A stretch of DNA of 64,000 bases from Klebsormidium nitens. Taxonomy: Eukaryota > Plantae > Klebsormidiophyceae. The position numbers and the translations under genes are program-made. Where the stretch lies: assembly GCA_000708835.1 (NCBI GenBank), contig DF236950.1, positions 36,075 to 100,074 on the forward strand, written 5' to 3'. Under the pieces are notes generated by a model. That model was not told where the DNA came from and did not search any database. It was given only the letters and a program-made list of their open reading frames with translations. Every line of letters starts with the position of its first letter. Position 1 is the stretch's first letter. Below are positions 22,115-35,716 of this stretch, piece by piece.

Positions 22115-24149
22115 GCAGCTATCAGAAAATGCTGCTATAGCTTTCTGATGCAGCTATGAGAGGGCTAAAAGCGAGAAGCTTCCGCTTGTGCTTGGGAAGT
22201 GGTTCTGCTTTAAAGAATAATCGCCGAATCAAACTTTACTTTGCTCTCTTTCGGGCCCACTGTGCTCCTCACAGCACAACAGCATAATTGTCCGAGAGTC
22301 TTATCACTGGCCCCGATAGCAACGAGCTCGCCAATGCTGTGGATGTGCCCGGCTTCTCAGTGAGCGCCCATTGGCCCGGCAAGACTAGCCTTTGGACCTT
22401 GCAGTTAGACCGGATTGATCACATAGAATATGGAGACATCAGGCCCCAAAAGATCTTCCGTTTCTTTTTAGCTGCTTTGAGATATCAGTAGGCGAGTAAG
22501 TCTCATAAGTCTGATTCAATAGCACGACTTTGGCAGCATTGAGCGGATCGACATCAATCCTGATCAAAGTCTACTCTCGCTTCAGTTTGACGTCATGAGA
22601 TCGAGGACCTTTAGACGGCTAGATGTGAGAAAGCGGATAAGGATCTCGACTTGTCTAATCGTAGGCATTGGATCAACTACTGTAAGGCCGCATGAATGCA
22701 GCAATACTGCGTCATTAGAGGTCACCTGGCCTGATTGTGTCCTGCCAAAGAAAGCGACATGTGCGAAGTCCGTTTCATGCGCGCCAAAATACGAACGGCG
22801 AGATATCCAAGGGACCCAGTCCAACATTGAGCCTGCTAACTTGTCCATTCCAAGGGTCACAATATGTCGTACTGTTCACGTATTTGATTCCTCCAAAGAG
22901 TTTTGAGTCGATGAATGCTGCATCCTCGGAGCGCATCTGGGCCTCAAGCTATGAAGCTAGGGCCGAGGTCTAAGGCAGCGTACTGAAGCTAGATCCAACA
23001 GCGGATGTCAGAACACAAGCTGACATCATGAGCAGACTTTGTCACATTGCTCGGGTCAGGGGAATGCGAGCCGTCTGGCATTCGTCATGTGCTAGCAACA
23101 TCATGAACAGATTGCAGCGAAGATTTTCTGCACACTGGGATCCGACGTACGCGTGCCGGCACGTTCAAGTATGAGCCTGTCTTCAGGGATAATTCAGTGC
23201 CTCAGCGCCGCGCAGCGTGCAGCCCGCTGCACGCTGCATGGCGATAGCTGGGCCTAGGTAGCATACCAACCCAGCTCAAGGTTACGTGAGTACCTACCAA
23301 AGCCTCAGCCTTTTAACTATTACGGTAGACCGACTCCCTGTACAGTTGTACCACGCGACTTCTCTTTCCCGCGGCCAAACAGGAATCCCCCAACTGACGT
23401 CAGCCCCAGATACATACCAGATTAGCTTGCGTCATTGTATATCTTGGGGTACGCAACCGGCCGTTAAAGCTGGTGGCGTGGGTACTAACAAATCGTCCGA
23501 TGATACGCACCTTCCAAATGGCCCCTTGTAAACCGTCGATAAATTGTCGTCGATGTCATCGCCTTGTGCAAGTGAGTCAGACTCCGACAGAGCCCCCTGA
23601 CACAGCCCTACCAGATTTCCGCTGTTTCCAAATTGACCACGTAGGCTGGCGCACTGTCCAGGTGGCAGCTTCAACCGTCTCGCCCGCCTTTGCCAAGGTG
23701 TTGCTCTGCTTGAGCGGAGGTCCGAGGGCCACCATGGATGCCGCATGCCCATGTCGAGCTGGATGTGCAAGCCGATTAAAAGGTCCTCGCGCTGCGGGGT
23801 TCCCATGCACAGTGTCTGAACTATGAGCGCAAACCTGCTTTGCATGTGAAACTTTTGCGTAAATTTTGAGCAGTCTTCAGCAAAGACAAGCTGGAAAGAA
23901 ACTTCGAGCAATCGGAGAGCTCTGCGAACTTCGTCCTGTTGGTGCTGCAAGCTACCGTTTACTCGTTCAATGAAGAGGTAGAGACGGATCCTGTAGCTGC
24001 TTGAGGAGTTGGCTGTGTTTTACCTTCAAGAGAAGAAGAGTGCCGGATCAGAGATCTGAGCAAGGTCCTCGCTGAAGCATGCAATTGCCAGATTGCAAAG
24101 ATCAATAACAACGACTTCAAAGTGCTTAGAAAGTCGATCCTGAGCTGCC

Positions 24150-27100
24150 ATGGAGGCGTGTGCCTCAGCCCGCACAGGAGCGTTCGCTCCCACTCATTGG
24201 ACTTCCAGCTGGAGAACTAGTGGTGGTACAGTCCGCCGCAATCAAACCCGTGGTGGACGGCCAGTATCTGGACTGCCCACTTTCTGGTCTGGTACACCCT
24301 TGTACACGCGAACCAGCTTCTTGGGTCGGTGCCAGAACCAGCAAGATGAGCGGCAAAGCTGCCGGCAGCCAACGCGGGGTGTGCGCTGCCAGGCGGTGGA
24401 GCATGCCCAGATGAGCAAGGTGTTTGCCAGACAAGCAAAGCCGGCCAGCGGGGCCGTGCAGACAGCGGGGCAGGGCACAATTGAGATCAAGGGGCGTAGA
24501 GGCGCGCAGGAGCGGGTAAAAAGCGAGGCCGACGCTGTCAACGAAGAGGTAAGGAGCCCTTGTGGTAGTGAAGCTTCATCAGCACCTGGACTCTTTGTGT
24601 GGGCGACGGTGCTGTTTGATCTGGATTGTTTGCTGGCGCTGTACATAGCGTGGTTCGAGTTAAAAAGCTTAAACACCTGGCTGACTTGACCAGGCTGATC
24701 ACCATGGGCTTGTATGAGAGAGGTCTCGGGCAAACTCGCTGACTTCGAGTTCTGTCAGTCAGCCATTCGGCCATTCGTTCTTATTCATTCATTGTGGTCT
24801 GTTGCTTGCAGAGGTTAGATGCCCTTTCAGCCACTCTGCGAGGGGCTCTGGCTGCAGCTGTCCTGAACGGGGGAGATAACCTCCATATGGTGGCAGCCTC
24901 CATCGTGGCCCTCACCCTGGTGAGTTCGCACACTTCAAACAACGTTCATGTTTTGATGGGCAACTGAAGATTACAGTTCGAACTTGTCAAAGTTCTGATA
25001 TGCAACTGTAAGATTATAAACGTCGGTAGCACTGCTGGTCATTTGAAAACACGAACAGTACAGATGGGCTGGAGCGATTTCTTGCTTGATTTTCGTTTTG
25101 CGTCCTTCTCTGCAAGTGGCGTTCAGCTTTGCATACAGTATGTTGAAAGTCTGATCCTGCTTATGCAAGAGGCTCCTCGAACGATTGCTGCTTTTTGTGC
25201 AGTGTCCAATCATGTGAAGTGTTCTGGGCTAGCAGTTTGATCTAATGCCCAGGTCTTCCTTTGGAGGTTCTGTTGTTTCCTTTTAGTCTATCGAGGCACC
25301 TGTGTTGTATCGGTTTCTGCACAGTACTTAGCTTACTTATTCCACGTGCTGACTCGCCCCACTTGTGTTTTCCAGGCCTCTGTTCCCCCTCAGCAGCTGG
25401 GCACTTTCATCATGCAACTAGGAGACTCCACCGTCCTGCCTTCCCAACAACAAATTGAAAAGCTGCTCAGGTAGGAGGACATATTCCACACTTTAGGAGT
25501 TTGATTCCGGCCTTTCAGGACCTTTGTCCTGCTGGGCAGTTTCCTTCTCTTCTCATACATTTGAAACGAACTGGACTGCATGCGTTTTTCTTTGCTTCTA
25601 ACAATCCGAGGAATAATCAAGTGATCGAGGAGAGCTGCCCACATGGCCCGAACGATCTTCCGCATTCATCAGTTGAATGCCTCAGTCACGTGTTTCGTTC
25701 CTGTGCTTGCGGATTTTAGTATATGCTTTTACCTCTTTGAGCTGTCTTGACTTTGTAAGACTGATTTGATTAGTTTGGGATCCTGCGTTGGATTTGTTCT
25801 GCATGCCATGCTTCCCCTCTCGAATAAAAATCAAGCGTTTCATGTGATGCGTCCTGTGAGAATCTGGGTTTGGTTTCCTACGTTTTCGACTAGCTTTTCA
25901 ATGTGACATCTTAGTCGGGGTTTGTCACGTTCAGTCACCTATTTCTTCCCTAGCCTTTTTCTCTCTCTCTCTGATCTATGTTGGACAGGGACAAGTTTGC
26001 TGGGGCAGTCGTCCCTGTTTCATGGACCTTTTGATTGAGCCTTTTCCACATCTTGCACGAGCTGAACTTCACTTGCCTTTGTCCCTGGCAGACGCATCGA
26101 CCACGCTCTGCGCAGCTCCGCCTCCGGCCGCTCCAACCTGTTACAGCTCAAGGAGGCCGTGCGCCTGCTCCAGCAGAGCAGCGCCGCGCCATCCTCGCAA
26201 GTCTCGCACCTCCTCAAGGCGGCCGGAGACACCGCCTCCGCCCTCGGCACTTCTGCTGCATCCAGCCTTAGCCGGAGCCTTAGCGGCGCCTCTGCGATTG
26301 GCTCCTCGGCTGCAGAAGGCGTGGCACGTGGCTTCGCTGACGTGGCGCGCAAGGTGGCCGAGGTGGTCATTCAGTCGGACGACGGGCTCAAGGTGTCCTT
26401 CGCCATGGACATCGACATGACGTCACCTAAGGCGCCCACTGCAGAAAAAGTTGGTGCGTTTGGGCCGCAGGCGGGTGAAGACGTCTTCGCGATGCTGCAG
26501 TCGGCAGTAACGGCGCAGCGCACAGCTAAGGCCGCCAAGAAGGGCTTCAAGGTGCTGTCGGAAGACGACGGCCGGGTGGGCCGGAAGGAGCCCGTGGTGT
26601 ACGTGCCGCTCGAGCTGGCGGCCAACGTGACTGACAGCAAGCCCGTCCAGGTGCAGGTGGGCGACCGCCACGTTTCTGAAACGCCAAGTGGCAACATGCG
26701 ATCGACCGTCTTTCTCTGATCTGTTTCGACGTTCGTCGAAGAGTCTTTACATTTGTTTACACGTGTCTTGACATTTCGTACGATTTCATTTGCTTCGCTT
26801 TGTTTCAATAGACTCTAGAAAAACATGCTTCGAAGCAAGTGGGCGGGCAGAGTTTGCCAGAGACGCATTCCTTTTCGAGTCGCCCATCAGCGGGACGAGA
26901 GTTGACAAACTCTCTTCTTGTTTTCTGTGCGCAGGTGTACGGTCAGACGTTGGTACTGTGGCGCCCCCGCCCCGGCGAGGTGGCTGCCATGTCGGACGTG
27001 TGCCCGCACCGCGGCGCGTCGCTGGCCATGGGCTCGCTTGTGGGCACCACCGGCAAGGACGGCCGCGGCAAGTGCGTCAAGTGCCCCTACCACGGCCTCG

Positions 27101-29203
27101 AGTTCGACGCCGCGGGGACGTGCCAGAAGAAGAACATCCACCTCGACCCCATCAAGGTGAGGCGGACTTCGCTCCTTGCGGAAGTTTGACTCGTCAGGCC
27201 TTTTGTTAAGTTCGTGTACGCTTAGTTTACGGGCTTCCAACATTGGATCGGCTCTGCTAATCCGGTTTGCGCGTCGTTGTGTAGTTTTCAGTGGGTTTAG
27301 CGTACGCTTAGTATACGGGCTTCCAACATTGGATCGGCTCTGCTTATCCGGTTTGCGCGTCGTTGTGTAGCTTTCAGTGTGTCGAATCTATATGAAAATC
27401 CTGTTCGCTACTTGTGGTAGATCGAGCTTCATTCGAACGACGGCTTCCTCCGTGATCCTAGAGTTCTCCGCGTGGCTGTTTCGCTGGATAATGAACCAAG
27501 CAGTGGGGTAATTCGGCTTCGTCGGTGAGAAGGCTGCCCAGGACTTCGCTAGATTGACCTCTAATATTGCTCACGCGTCGCTTCCACGCAGATTGTGGAG
27601 GCCAACGGCGTTATCTGGATGGAGGAGAAGGCCCCGGCGACGGGCGTGATCGACGTGGAGGCCATGGAGATGCCCCCCCTGCTGCGCTCCGTCATGGAGT
27701 CGCTGGCCCCCGAGCCACGTGACCCCCCCGCGAGCGCTATCCCCGCCGTCCCCCGCACCCTGCTCCGCCCCAAGCGCAGCAACGCGCCCGCGGCCGCGCT
27801 CGACGCCCCGCCCGCCACCCCGCTCCCTCAGGCCGAAGTACCCGATGACGTTATGCGCGCGCGCGCGGAGGCGCTCTCGGACGCTCGGCCGAGGAGCGAC
27901 GTGGAGGTGCTGGATGGGCCGGCTCTGGCCGCCGGAAAGAGTGACGGTGCCGAGGAGGGCCACGTGGAGGTCGCGCTGGTGACGGAGGATGACACACCCG
28001 AGGAGCCCAACGCGGGGCTGCCCTTCAACGAACACTTCCTGGACCCCCACTACTCGTGAGTCGCCTACAGTGCTCAGTCCCAACCTGTTACGAGAACCGA
28101 GGTGCTTTTCCTCGACCTGTTGACAGGATCCTCGACCTGTTGACAGGATCCTGCGACCTGGGTTTGCTTGCATGTAACATCTTCTGGAATTGTTTGAAAG
28201 CGCGTGATAGGGTCGAACATGTAGATTATCGATTGCAAGTCACTGAGCTGACATAACATGCCTCTGAGTGTGCAGTTGCTAGTTTCACCGATTCGTAGCC
28301 GCGTAACGAGTCATCTATGCGACTACTTTCATCGATTTTTTAACGGTCTCATTGTCGGGTGCCAGGCCTCGTTTTCTTCGTCGTCGGATTCCTGGCCTGC
28401 GGAAATTTTCCTTTATTAAAGCTGTTCGTTCTTGCACGCGTGCAGGCAGCTGGGCGGGACGGTGGACATTGAGAGCGCGCCCCGCGCGGTGGTGGACAAC
28501 ACGTTCGACCTGCACCACATGATGTACGTGCACGCCTCCAGCTTCGGCGGCGGCGAGCTCATCCGCACGTGGAAGCCGGACCCGCTCACCATCTGCTTCG
28601 AGTACGGCATGAACCAGCGGAGCAACCCGTTCAGCAAGTTCTTCGGCGACGGCCGCGTGCTGGTCACCATGCAGCGGTCGCCCCCTTACAGCGCCATGGT
28701 CACCGTGGGCGACCCCAGCGGGGCTGTCGTGCTCAAGACGCTGACGCACGTCGTGCCCATCTCCTCCACCAAGTCCAAGCTCGTATGGCAGGTCAGCGCT
28801 CTTTACCGTCCGTTTTACTATTGTCCGAATTGTGAAGCTCCGAAGGGGTTCAATTCACCTTCGTTTCCTTGCACGTGCTTTTCTTCGTACGGTCGTTCCC
28901 TACCTGTGGCTTCATGTCCTAATTGTGGCTTCATGTTTATAATTGCACCCGGGCTGGCGGTTTCCTCGTGCCTGTTTCGACCCTTACTTGTTTCGACTGG
29001 TGAACCCGTTTCGTCTCGCTCTTTCGTAGCAAGGTGCTAACGATTCTCTTGTGCGTGTGCAGCTGCTGCGCAACTTCGGGCGGCCGTCGTTCATGGACTT
29101 CTTCTTCCGGCAAGCGGTAAAGCAGATTCTGGCGGAGGACAAGGCCGTGCTGGAGGGCGTCAACCTGCACGGTGTGCGTAAGGGCATGGACCTCGGCATC
29201 TAG
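24150..29203 (+). CDS. Rieske [2Fe-2S]/mononuclear non-heme iron oxygenase (CAO/PAO/TIC55/PTC52 superfamily, atypical), probable plastid transit peptide; 8 exons, about 780 aa
   Basis: Exons 24150-24548, 24812-24919, 25376-25470, 26092-26656, 26935-27156, 27592-28055, 28446-28791, 29063-29203 are phase-consistent. Rieske ligands DVCPHRGASL and KCPYHGLEFD, iron motif DNTFDLHHMMYVH (N-x2-D-x2-H-x4-H), and the C-terminal helix KQILAEDKAVLE are all present. Confidence 0.9.
27216..27379. repeat. Intronic tandem duplication, 2 x 86 bp, near-identical
   Basis: gtacgcttagt(t/a)tacgggcttccaacattggatcggctctgct(a/t)atccggtttgcgcgtcgttgtgtag at 27216 and 27302. Confidence 0.9.
28110..28160. repeat. Intronic 20 bp tandem repeat (cctcgacctgttgacaggat), about 2.5 units
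   Basis: Directly visible; each unit contains the small dyad cctgt-tg-acagg. Confidence 0.85.
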
Positions 29204-30494
29204 AGCGGGCACAAAACGGGGCGCACGCAAATTGCTGGGGGCTGTCAGCATATTGGAAAGGTGTAAGACCGACGAGAGGTTTGACGAACGTCCATTTGGT
29301 CGCAGCTCGCGTGAGGTTCGCATATACATGTACTGTGTTTGATAAACGGACGACTGACATGTAGACATATGTAGGATTAGTTGCTCGCGCGCTGCAAAGA
29401 TTCGTGTATTCAAATACTGATGTTGTAGATAGCATTTCGTGCGTGACGATTTTGTGTGAAGAAGCAGCGTTTGCTGTTACGTGTGCATAGAAACAGTTGA
29501 AGCTGACTGCGTGGCATGTGTAGAGTTTGCGATTGGATATGGTAGACGAAAGATAGTACTAACAAAGGTACGTAGATTAGTCTTACAAGGGTAGTGCATA
29601 GACATACCTGACTCGTACTTGACCTGTCAAAGGAATGTAGATAATTCACTCGTGTAAAGATTGTAGCTTCGACTTTACGAACTAATCTGCTATATTTTTA
29701 TAGCGAATTGCAATACCACGGTTTGATCTTCTAGATTGTCGGGTTCAGAACATATTGAATCGCTCATCATGTGATGCTAGCTTTCAAACCTCCATATTTA
29801 CCTGCGTTAAAGTGCAAATGGCTCTTCAAGCAATCATTGATGTCCTTATTAGGCATGGCTCGAGCGGTTGTAAGATTAAAGTTGAAGGGTTGCGGTCACT
29901 AGCCGCACTAGCCGCGAGTGCGTTGACGCCTCCGACGGGTTGCTTGCACTAACCAACGGTATGCCGGAATTTGGCATACATTTGTAATGTGTGGACCTCT
30001 ACGAAGAAACATGCGATGACTGTGTGACAGCCTCTATGGCCGCATTGGCAGAAAACTTTGTGTAGGGTTGAGCATCAAGAACAAGATCGAAGATTTGCTT
30101 ACCGAAGTACGAAGCACATGGCGCCCAGGGTGGAGCCAGGGGGGAGCCAGCAGCTGTAGCATTGAAACTGGTGGATTTAGGGGTGGGGACTTGAAAGTCA
30201 TGGAACATCATATAACGTTGCGGTTGGTGGACCTAGGTTAAGGTGTAACCCAGATGGGTCAACAGCGCTGCATATATGAATTATGTGACGGACGATTTAG
30301 GGTTTCGCCTTAAACCTGAAATTTTTAGAAGGGTTTGCATACGTGGCGGGTGTCGTGGAGTTGCCCAACCGTTGATAGCACTGGAGTCGCCAGCGTCAGC
30401 AATAGGTGATCTTATTCTCTGCACCTCTCGAAGCTGGAGCATTCTTTCAACTTCAAGGAAGAGTTGGTCGTCTATCTCGCCCATTTCTTCCACC

Positions 30495-33400
30495 ATGGCT
30501 GCCAGCTCTCTGCTTCTGCTCGTGACCTTGCTTGCTGCGGTTTCCGCTGCCTCTGCGTGGCGGCCTCTATTCCCCATCGTCCAGCCGAGCGTGGATAGTC
30601 TGCTGGGGGTGGAGGACAAGTTTGGCGCGTTCCTGGTGCAGTATGGCAAAAACTACACAGGCAGCCAATATTTGCACCGCCTCAAGGTCTTCCGGGACAA
30701 CTTGGTCAAGGCAACACTCAATCAGGTGCGCGGACTACAGCATTGAGCTGGTCAATATAGAAGGAATTGATGTTTCGGCAGAATGGGCGTCAAGGTGGAC
30801 GAGCAGTCATATGCTTGGGGCTGGTCCAAATTGCCCCTTGTGGCAGGTCTGATTACTGAGCTGCTACCTTAAGGTGGAGGGGGGAAATTGGGAACAAAAA
30901 GGGGAAATTACCAAACATAGCTATGGATGAACGAGACGTTGATTGCACTCCATCCGAGACCACCATGTGCCCGACACCCACTTTAAGCATATGCACCTCA
31001 CCTTTAACTTCAGTGCGTCCCCTCTGAGTTATAGGCTGCCTGTCTATAAGAACGTCAAAGTTGGGCATCCTTGGCTCGCAATTTTTCCACACTGCAATCG
31101 GCAGGATGATGTCCTCTTATTAACTGGTTTTGTGATCCTTTTCGGGAATCGAATTTATTTTGGTTCTGTGAAAGATTTGGTCTGCCAAATGACACAAGGT
31201 GTGAAAGTGGCGCTCTTAGTTGTGTGCCACGAGCATTAGACTTGGAGATGGTTCCGCTTGTTTACCTCAAGTGTTGGTTGTCGATCATAAGGGCAGAACG
31301 GAAACAATCTCTTTTACAACCAATCTTTCAGAAACCGGGGGCACTGCACCATCGACACCCCCGTACAGCCGTTTTGTCGTTCTGTCCTTCTTGGGGTCTT
31401 CTTCAAGTGGCAGAGGCTGCGAGAATTACTCCTTTTTCTCACCAGTATTTCTTTGTTGATTGCCCTAGTTTGACCTCTTGAGTCGCTTCGCTTCTTTCCT
31501 CGCAATATCTCATACTTTTGTGCATGCTGGGCGGTCACAGCACCCCAACATTGTCTTGATCAGCGCTGTTCCTACTATTGTATGGTCTTTCAGGAAGCTT
31601 TGTTTCGGAACGCCTTGGTCAATTTGCACGACTTTAGGGGCCACTTTTGATCCTATTCAGCAAGACCCACATCAAAACCCCTCTTTTTACGAGCAAGTGC
31701 CCTCTCTCCGACCTGCGCACTTCCTATTGCAATTGTGCACTGTGTGCAACCCTACCTTTGTCCTACTTCTCTTGCAAAGTCTCGTTCTGCAAGTCTCAAG
31801 CTCAACGGACATATTCTGAATCAATACTTGTCTGCCCCCCCTAGTTGAACGACCCCGGTGCGCAGCACGGTATCACGCAATTCTCTGACCTGACTGAGGA
31901 GGAGTTCCAGCACTACTACCTGGGCCTGGCCTCCGCGCACGAGCCGGGCGAGAGCATTCCCGTCGCCCCCCCGCTGCCCACTGGGGACCTCCCCGAGACG
32001 TTTGACTGGCGCGACAGGGGCGCGGTGACGCCCGTGAAGAACCAGGGCATGTGCGGCTCCTGCTGGGCGTTTGCCACCACGGGCGCCATCGAGGGCGCGC
32101 ACTACGTCAAGACGGGCGAGCTCGTCAGCCTCTCGGAGCAGGAGCTCGTGGACTGCGACCATGAGGTGGGGGAACACATTCATGTTGGGATTATGGAGAT
32201 TGGTTATTTGATGGATATTCTCTTGTGATTTCGGCGTTGAAAGGCTTATGTTTAGATTTCGACATTGAAATGCTTCTTTAATATCTGAGTATTGGCTGTG
32301 ACTGGGAGCCTCAGTGCTGGGATAATTCTTTTGAGGTAAGGGAAGACGGGTGTACACACAATCGGCTATTGCTCACGAGTAGAAACTAGGTGTAATATCA
32401 TCATGTAATCTAAGAAGGTCTTCTATCATCAGGTAAGCCGCTTGTGTAGCCTCTTCGGCACTTACTGGTAAGGCTAGAGCAACATCGCGCTCAGGGTGCT
32501 GTCATTGTACACGCCCATATGTCAGGATGGAGCTTGAGCCACTTCATGTAGTATAAGCGCAATTTTGGTGCTATACTTGCAGTTATCCAATAGATAAGAA
32601 TTCGATCTCACTTACTCTCAGTAGAACAAGACGTCCTTTTTTATGTCGCTCTCACCTTCACTTCCCTGCTGCCTGCTTAGGGGACTTCCTCGCTATGCTG
32701 CCCCTGGGGTAAACGTGCAGTGGTGTTTTCCCCGCAACTCTGCCCTTTTTAATAGGCCCCCCCTCTTGCATATTTACAGTGCGACCCCAATTTCCCGGAG
32801 GCGTGTGACAGCGGGTGCAGCGGAGGGCTGCCTAACAATGCGCTGGAGTGGATCGTGGATAAGGGTGGCCTCGTTTCGGAGGCGGACTACCCCTACTCGG
32901 GCCAGGACGGCACCTGCAAGCTCACCGACTCTCTCACGATTGCGGCCAAGGTTGACAACTTTTCGCGCGTCGCAGTCGACGAAGAGCAGGTGCGTACCCG
33001 CCCGCCAAGACAGGGCCTGTGACGGGTCTTGGTATTTGTCCATCGACCATTCTCCTGGAGTTCGTCAAAGTAGCTCACTAGCCAAGTGGCAATCGATTGG
33101 TCCCTTATTGGTGCCCAAGCAGACATAGGCATGATCCACCTTGTTTCCTTCCCCGTTGAGCTGTCATGTGAAAGCCTTGATACTGTCGAAAAGCTGGCTC
33201 CGACCGTCGATTCACAGTACCTGCTGTATTATGTCCTTCTTCCTGACACCCGCTCCAGTCAAAGCGCTCCTTACTGCATACAGGATCACATGTATGATCG
33301 CAAGCCTGCTTCCTGACCTGTTACCTTACTGCGCTGCAGATTGCGGCGAACCTGGTGAAGTTCGGCCCGCTGGCCATCGGCATCAACGCCAACTACCTGC

Positions 33401-33880
33401 AGACGTACATTGGCGGCGTGACGTGCCCGCTGATCTGCAACCGGCACGCGCTGAACCACGGCGTGGTGCTGGTGGGCTACGGCGTGCACGGCTTCACGCC
33501 CATCCGCCTCGGCTTCAAGCCGTACTGGATCGTCAAGAACTCTTGGGGGCCGCACTGGGGCGAGCAGGGCTACTTCAAGTGAGGCCATACACGGCACCGC
33601 CCAGGCCTTCCGCTGCAGGCCGCTGGCGAGCTGAAGTACAGTTTGCAAAAGAAATGAAGAGGTGCTTGCGAGAAAAGGCAAATGCAGATGTCTTGCCGTT
33701 CCTTTTCGCTTGCACCCGCTTGTACGAGCGGTTTGTGTTGGCGGCCGTGAGCTGCAGTGGACGTGCAAGGAGGGAAAGACGAACAGAGCTGATGCGACTT
33801 TGCTGTCGTGCAGGATTTGCCGCGGGAAGGGCGAGTGCGGACTCAACACGATGGTGTCGGCCGTTATCAAGGCAGAGTGA
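30495..33880 (+). CDS. RD19: Papain-family (C1A) cysteine protease, RD19/cathepsin F-like; 5 exons
   Basis: Exons 30495-30725, 31845-32165, 32780-32989, 33340-33578, 33814-33880. Signal peptide, I29 prodomain ([14 protein letters not shown]), [10 protein letters not shown] (catalytic Cys), [20 protein letters not shown] (His), YWIVKNSWG (Asn), ICRGKGECG; these match the RD19 subfamily pattern. Confidence 0.95.
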
Positions 33881-35716
33881 CTTTGAGCTGGCTTGATCAG
33901 CCGCGAGTGCTCATGGCGGCAGTTGTACTATTGCAATTGTATAGCGGCGTTCTAGAAGTCCTCCTTTGTCTAAGGGCACTTCTGTGTATAGAATAGGAGG
34001 GTTGAGGTTGCTTCGGTTGTCTCTCTGTATCATTCCTTTCAGTTGCAAGGAAGGTTATAAGGGCTATGCACGAGGGATTACTTCAATATATGTACGGTAT
34101 GATCAAGACCGAGTCACGCTTCATGAGGAGATTGCTGTGGTAAAATTAAGCGTTGGCCCAAGCTTGCATGACGCGTACGCTGTTTGAATATTGCAGAACT
34201 CTACATTGCTTCAACACTTAGCAATGTACGTAGCACTTGACATGCAAAAACACCTGTGTGCAATCTGGCTAAGCTGCGCGCAGTTAGCCCGGCCCCATGG
34301 TCTGCAACATGCCCAGGGGACCCCATGCACATTCCCATTCGTAATGATGTTTATGCGATCGAAGACGTTTTCGGTGATGCGTTTCAAGATGTTCTCTTTT
34401 CAAAGATGATCGGCTTGATTGTAGCATGCCGCCCCTCGCATCACTTCATGCATTATATATTGATTGAACACTGAACGACCAATGATATCGATACAGAACT
34501 GTATGGCCGCCCCTGAGATCATACATGTCCAATGGCGATCCGTGGTATGCACCATCTGGCATGCATTGAATCACATATGCAGGAATTGAGATCGGTCATG
34601 CTCGATCGGATCGACGCTTGGCCCATATTGTGCTTCAAGTGGTCGGCGGCCGCGCTGCGAATGATGCCATGTAGGATATAGCGTTGCATGATAATGCCAT
34701 TTGCGAGCGCGAGCCTGACGCATTCAATTTGCAACGCGATCACATGGCGTGACTGCGTGCATCGGATTCAAGGGAGACCAGTTCGAGGCTTGCCGGGTAG
34801 CTACTTTTTATGCTATCATGCAACCTGTACCGGTGAGTGCGGCAGCCCCATGGGCCCGGTCGGCCCCCGATTAATGTATCGGGGGCAAATTGGACTTTGG
34901 TCGCACGTGATTTGACTCTGGATTCTATACAAAGCGTATAATATAGCACTTACTGGCAAAGATTCCGGGGCGCCTTATTAGCTAGTGTCAATTCACCTTG
35001 AACTTTTGCAATTGAGGCCGGCCGGTATACGTCAGCCTTCTACTATTTCTATTGCAACCCTGAGTGCTGTCTGTTAAAACTAACTATGTAGGATAACTTG
35101 CTGGTGCATCTTTCTTACAAACCTGCAAAAATGTTGCTTAGCTTATTCAGAGTCGTGGCGAAGAACCACGTTGTAGATCTTAACCGAAAACACTATACGA
35201 ATACATATTATAAAGCCTGCCGCGCTCAACGCTCAAACTTCGTACGTTCAATTGTACTATTTTACTTCCATATGGTCGACTATGTCCCAAAATGTACGAC
35301 CTACACATATACTTGCTCACGCAATACATAGACCCATGACTACTCTAGTACCTAGCACCTGCTCCGAGCCCGCTAGAGCTAGTAGAGCAGAAATGAGCCA
35401 GAGCTTATAGACATATGTACCGCATACTACGAGAGTACTGCCCCTTGAGATTGCTGTGGGTGCTGCCTATCTTTACATTACCTATTTGGTGTAGCGTTAG
35501 CTCGTTTAGAAAACGCTAAGCCTCCGGTTCACACACAAATCTCGAACCCCCGTGTAACTTGAAAGACCCTCCAACACGCCGTTATCAGAAAGGCCCGCGG
35601 TCGCCTTGAATGGCGGACTGGGCCCATTCCGGGTCGTCCGGGCAGCTCCTACCTATGGAAGTACTTGGCAAGCGAGCAAAACTTAACGCGTTCCTCGTGC
35701 GGCCGCGCGCGCCCTC

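Noticed and set aside
28110-28160. Short palindromic direct repeats resembling a CRISPR array
   Set aside because: No spacers, only 2.5 abutting units, inside a spliceosomal intron, and no cas genes.
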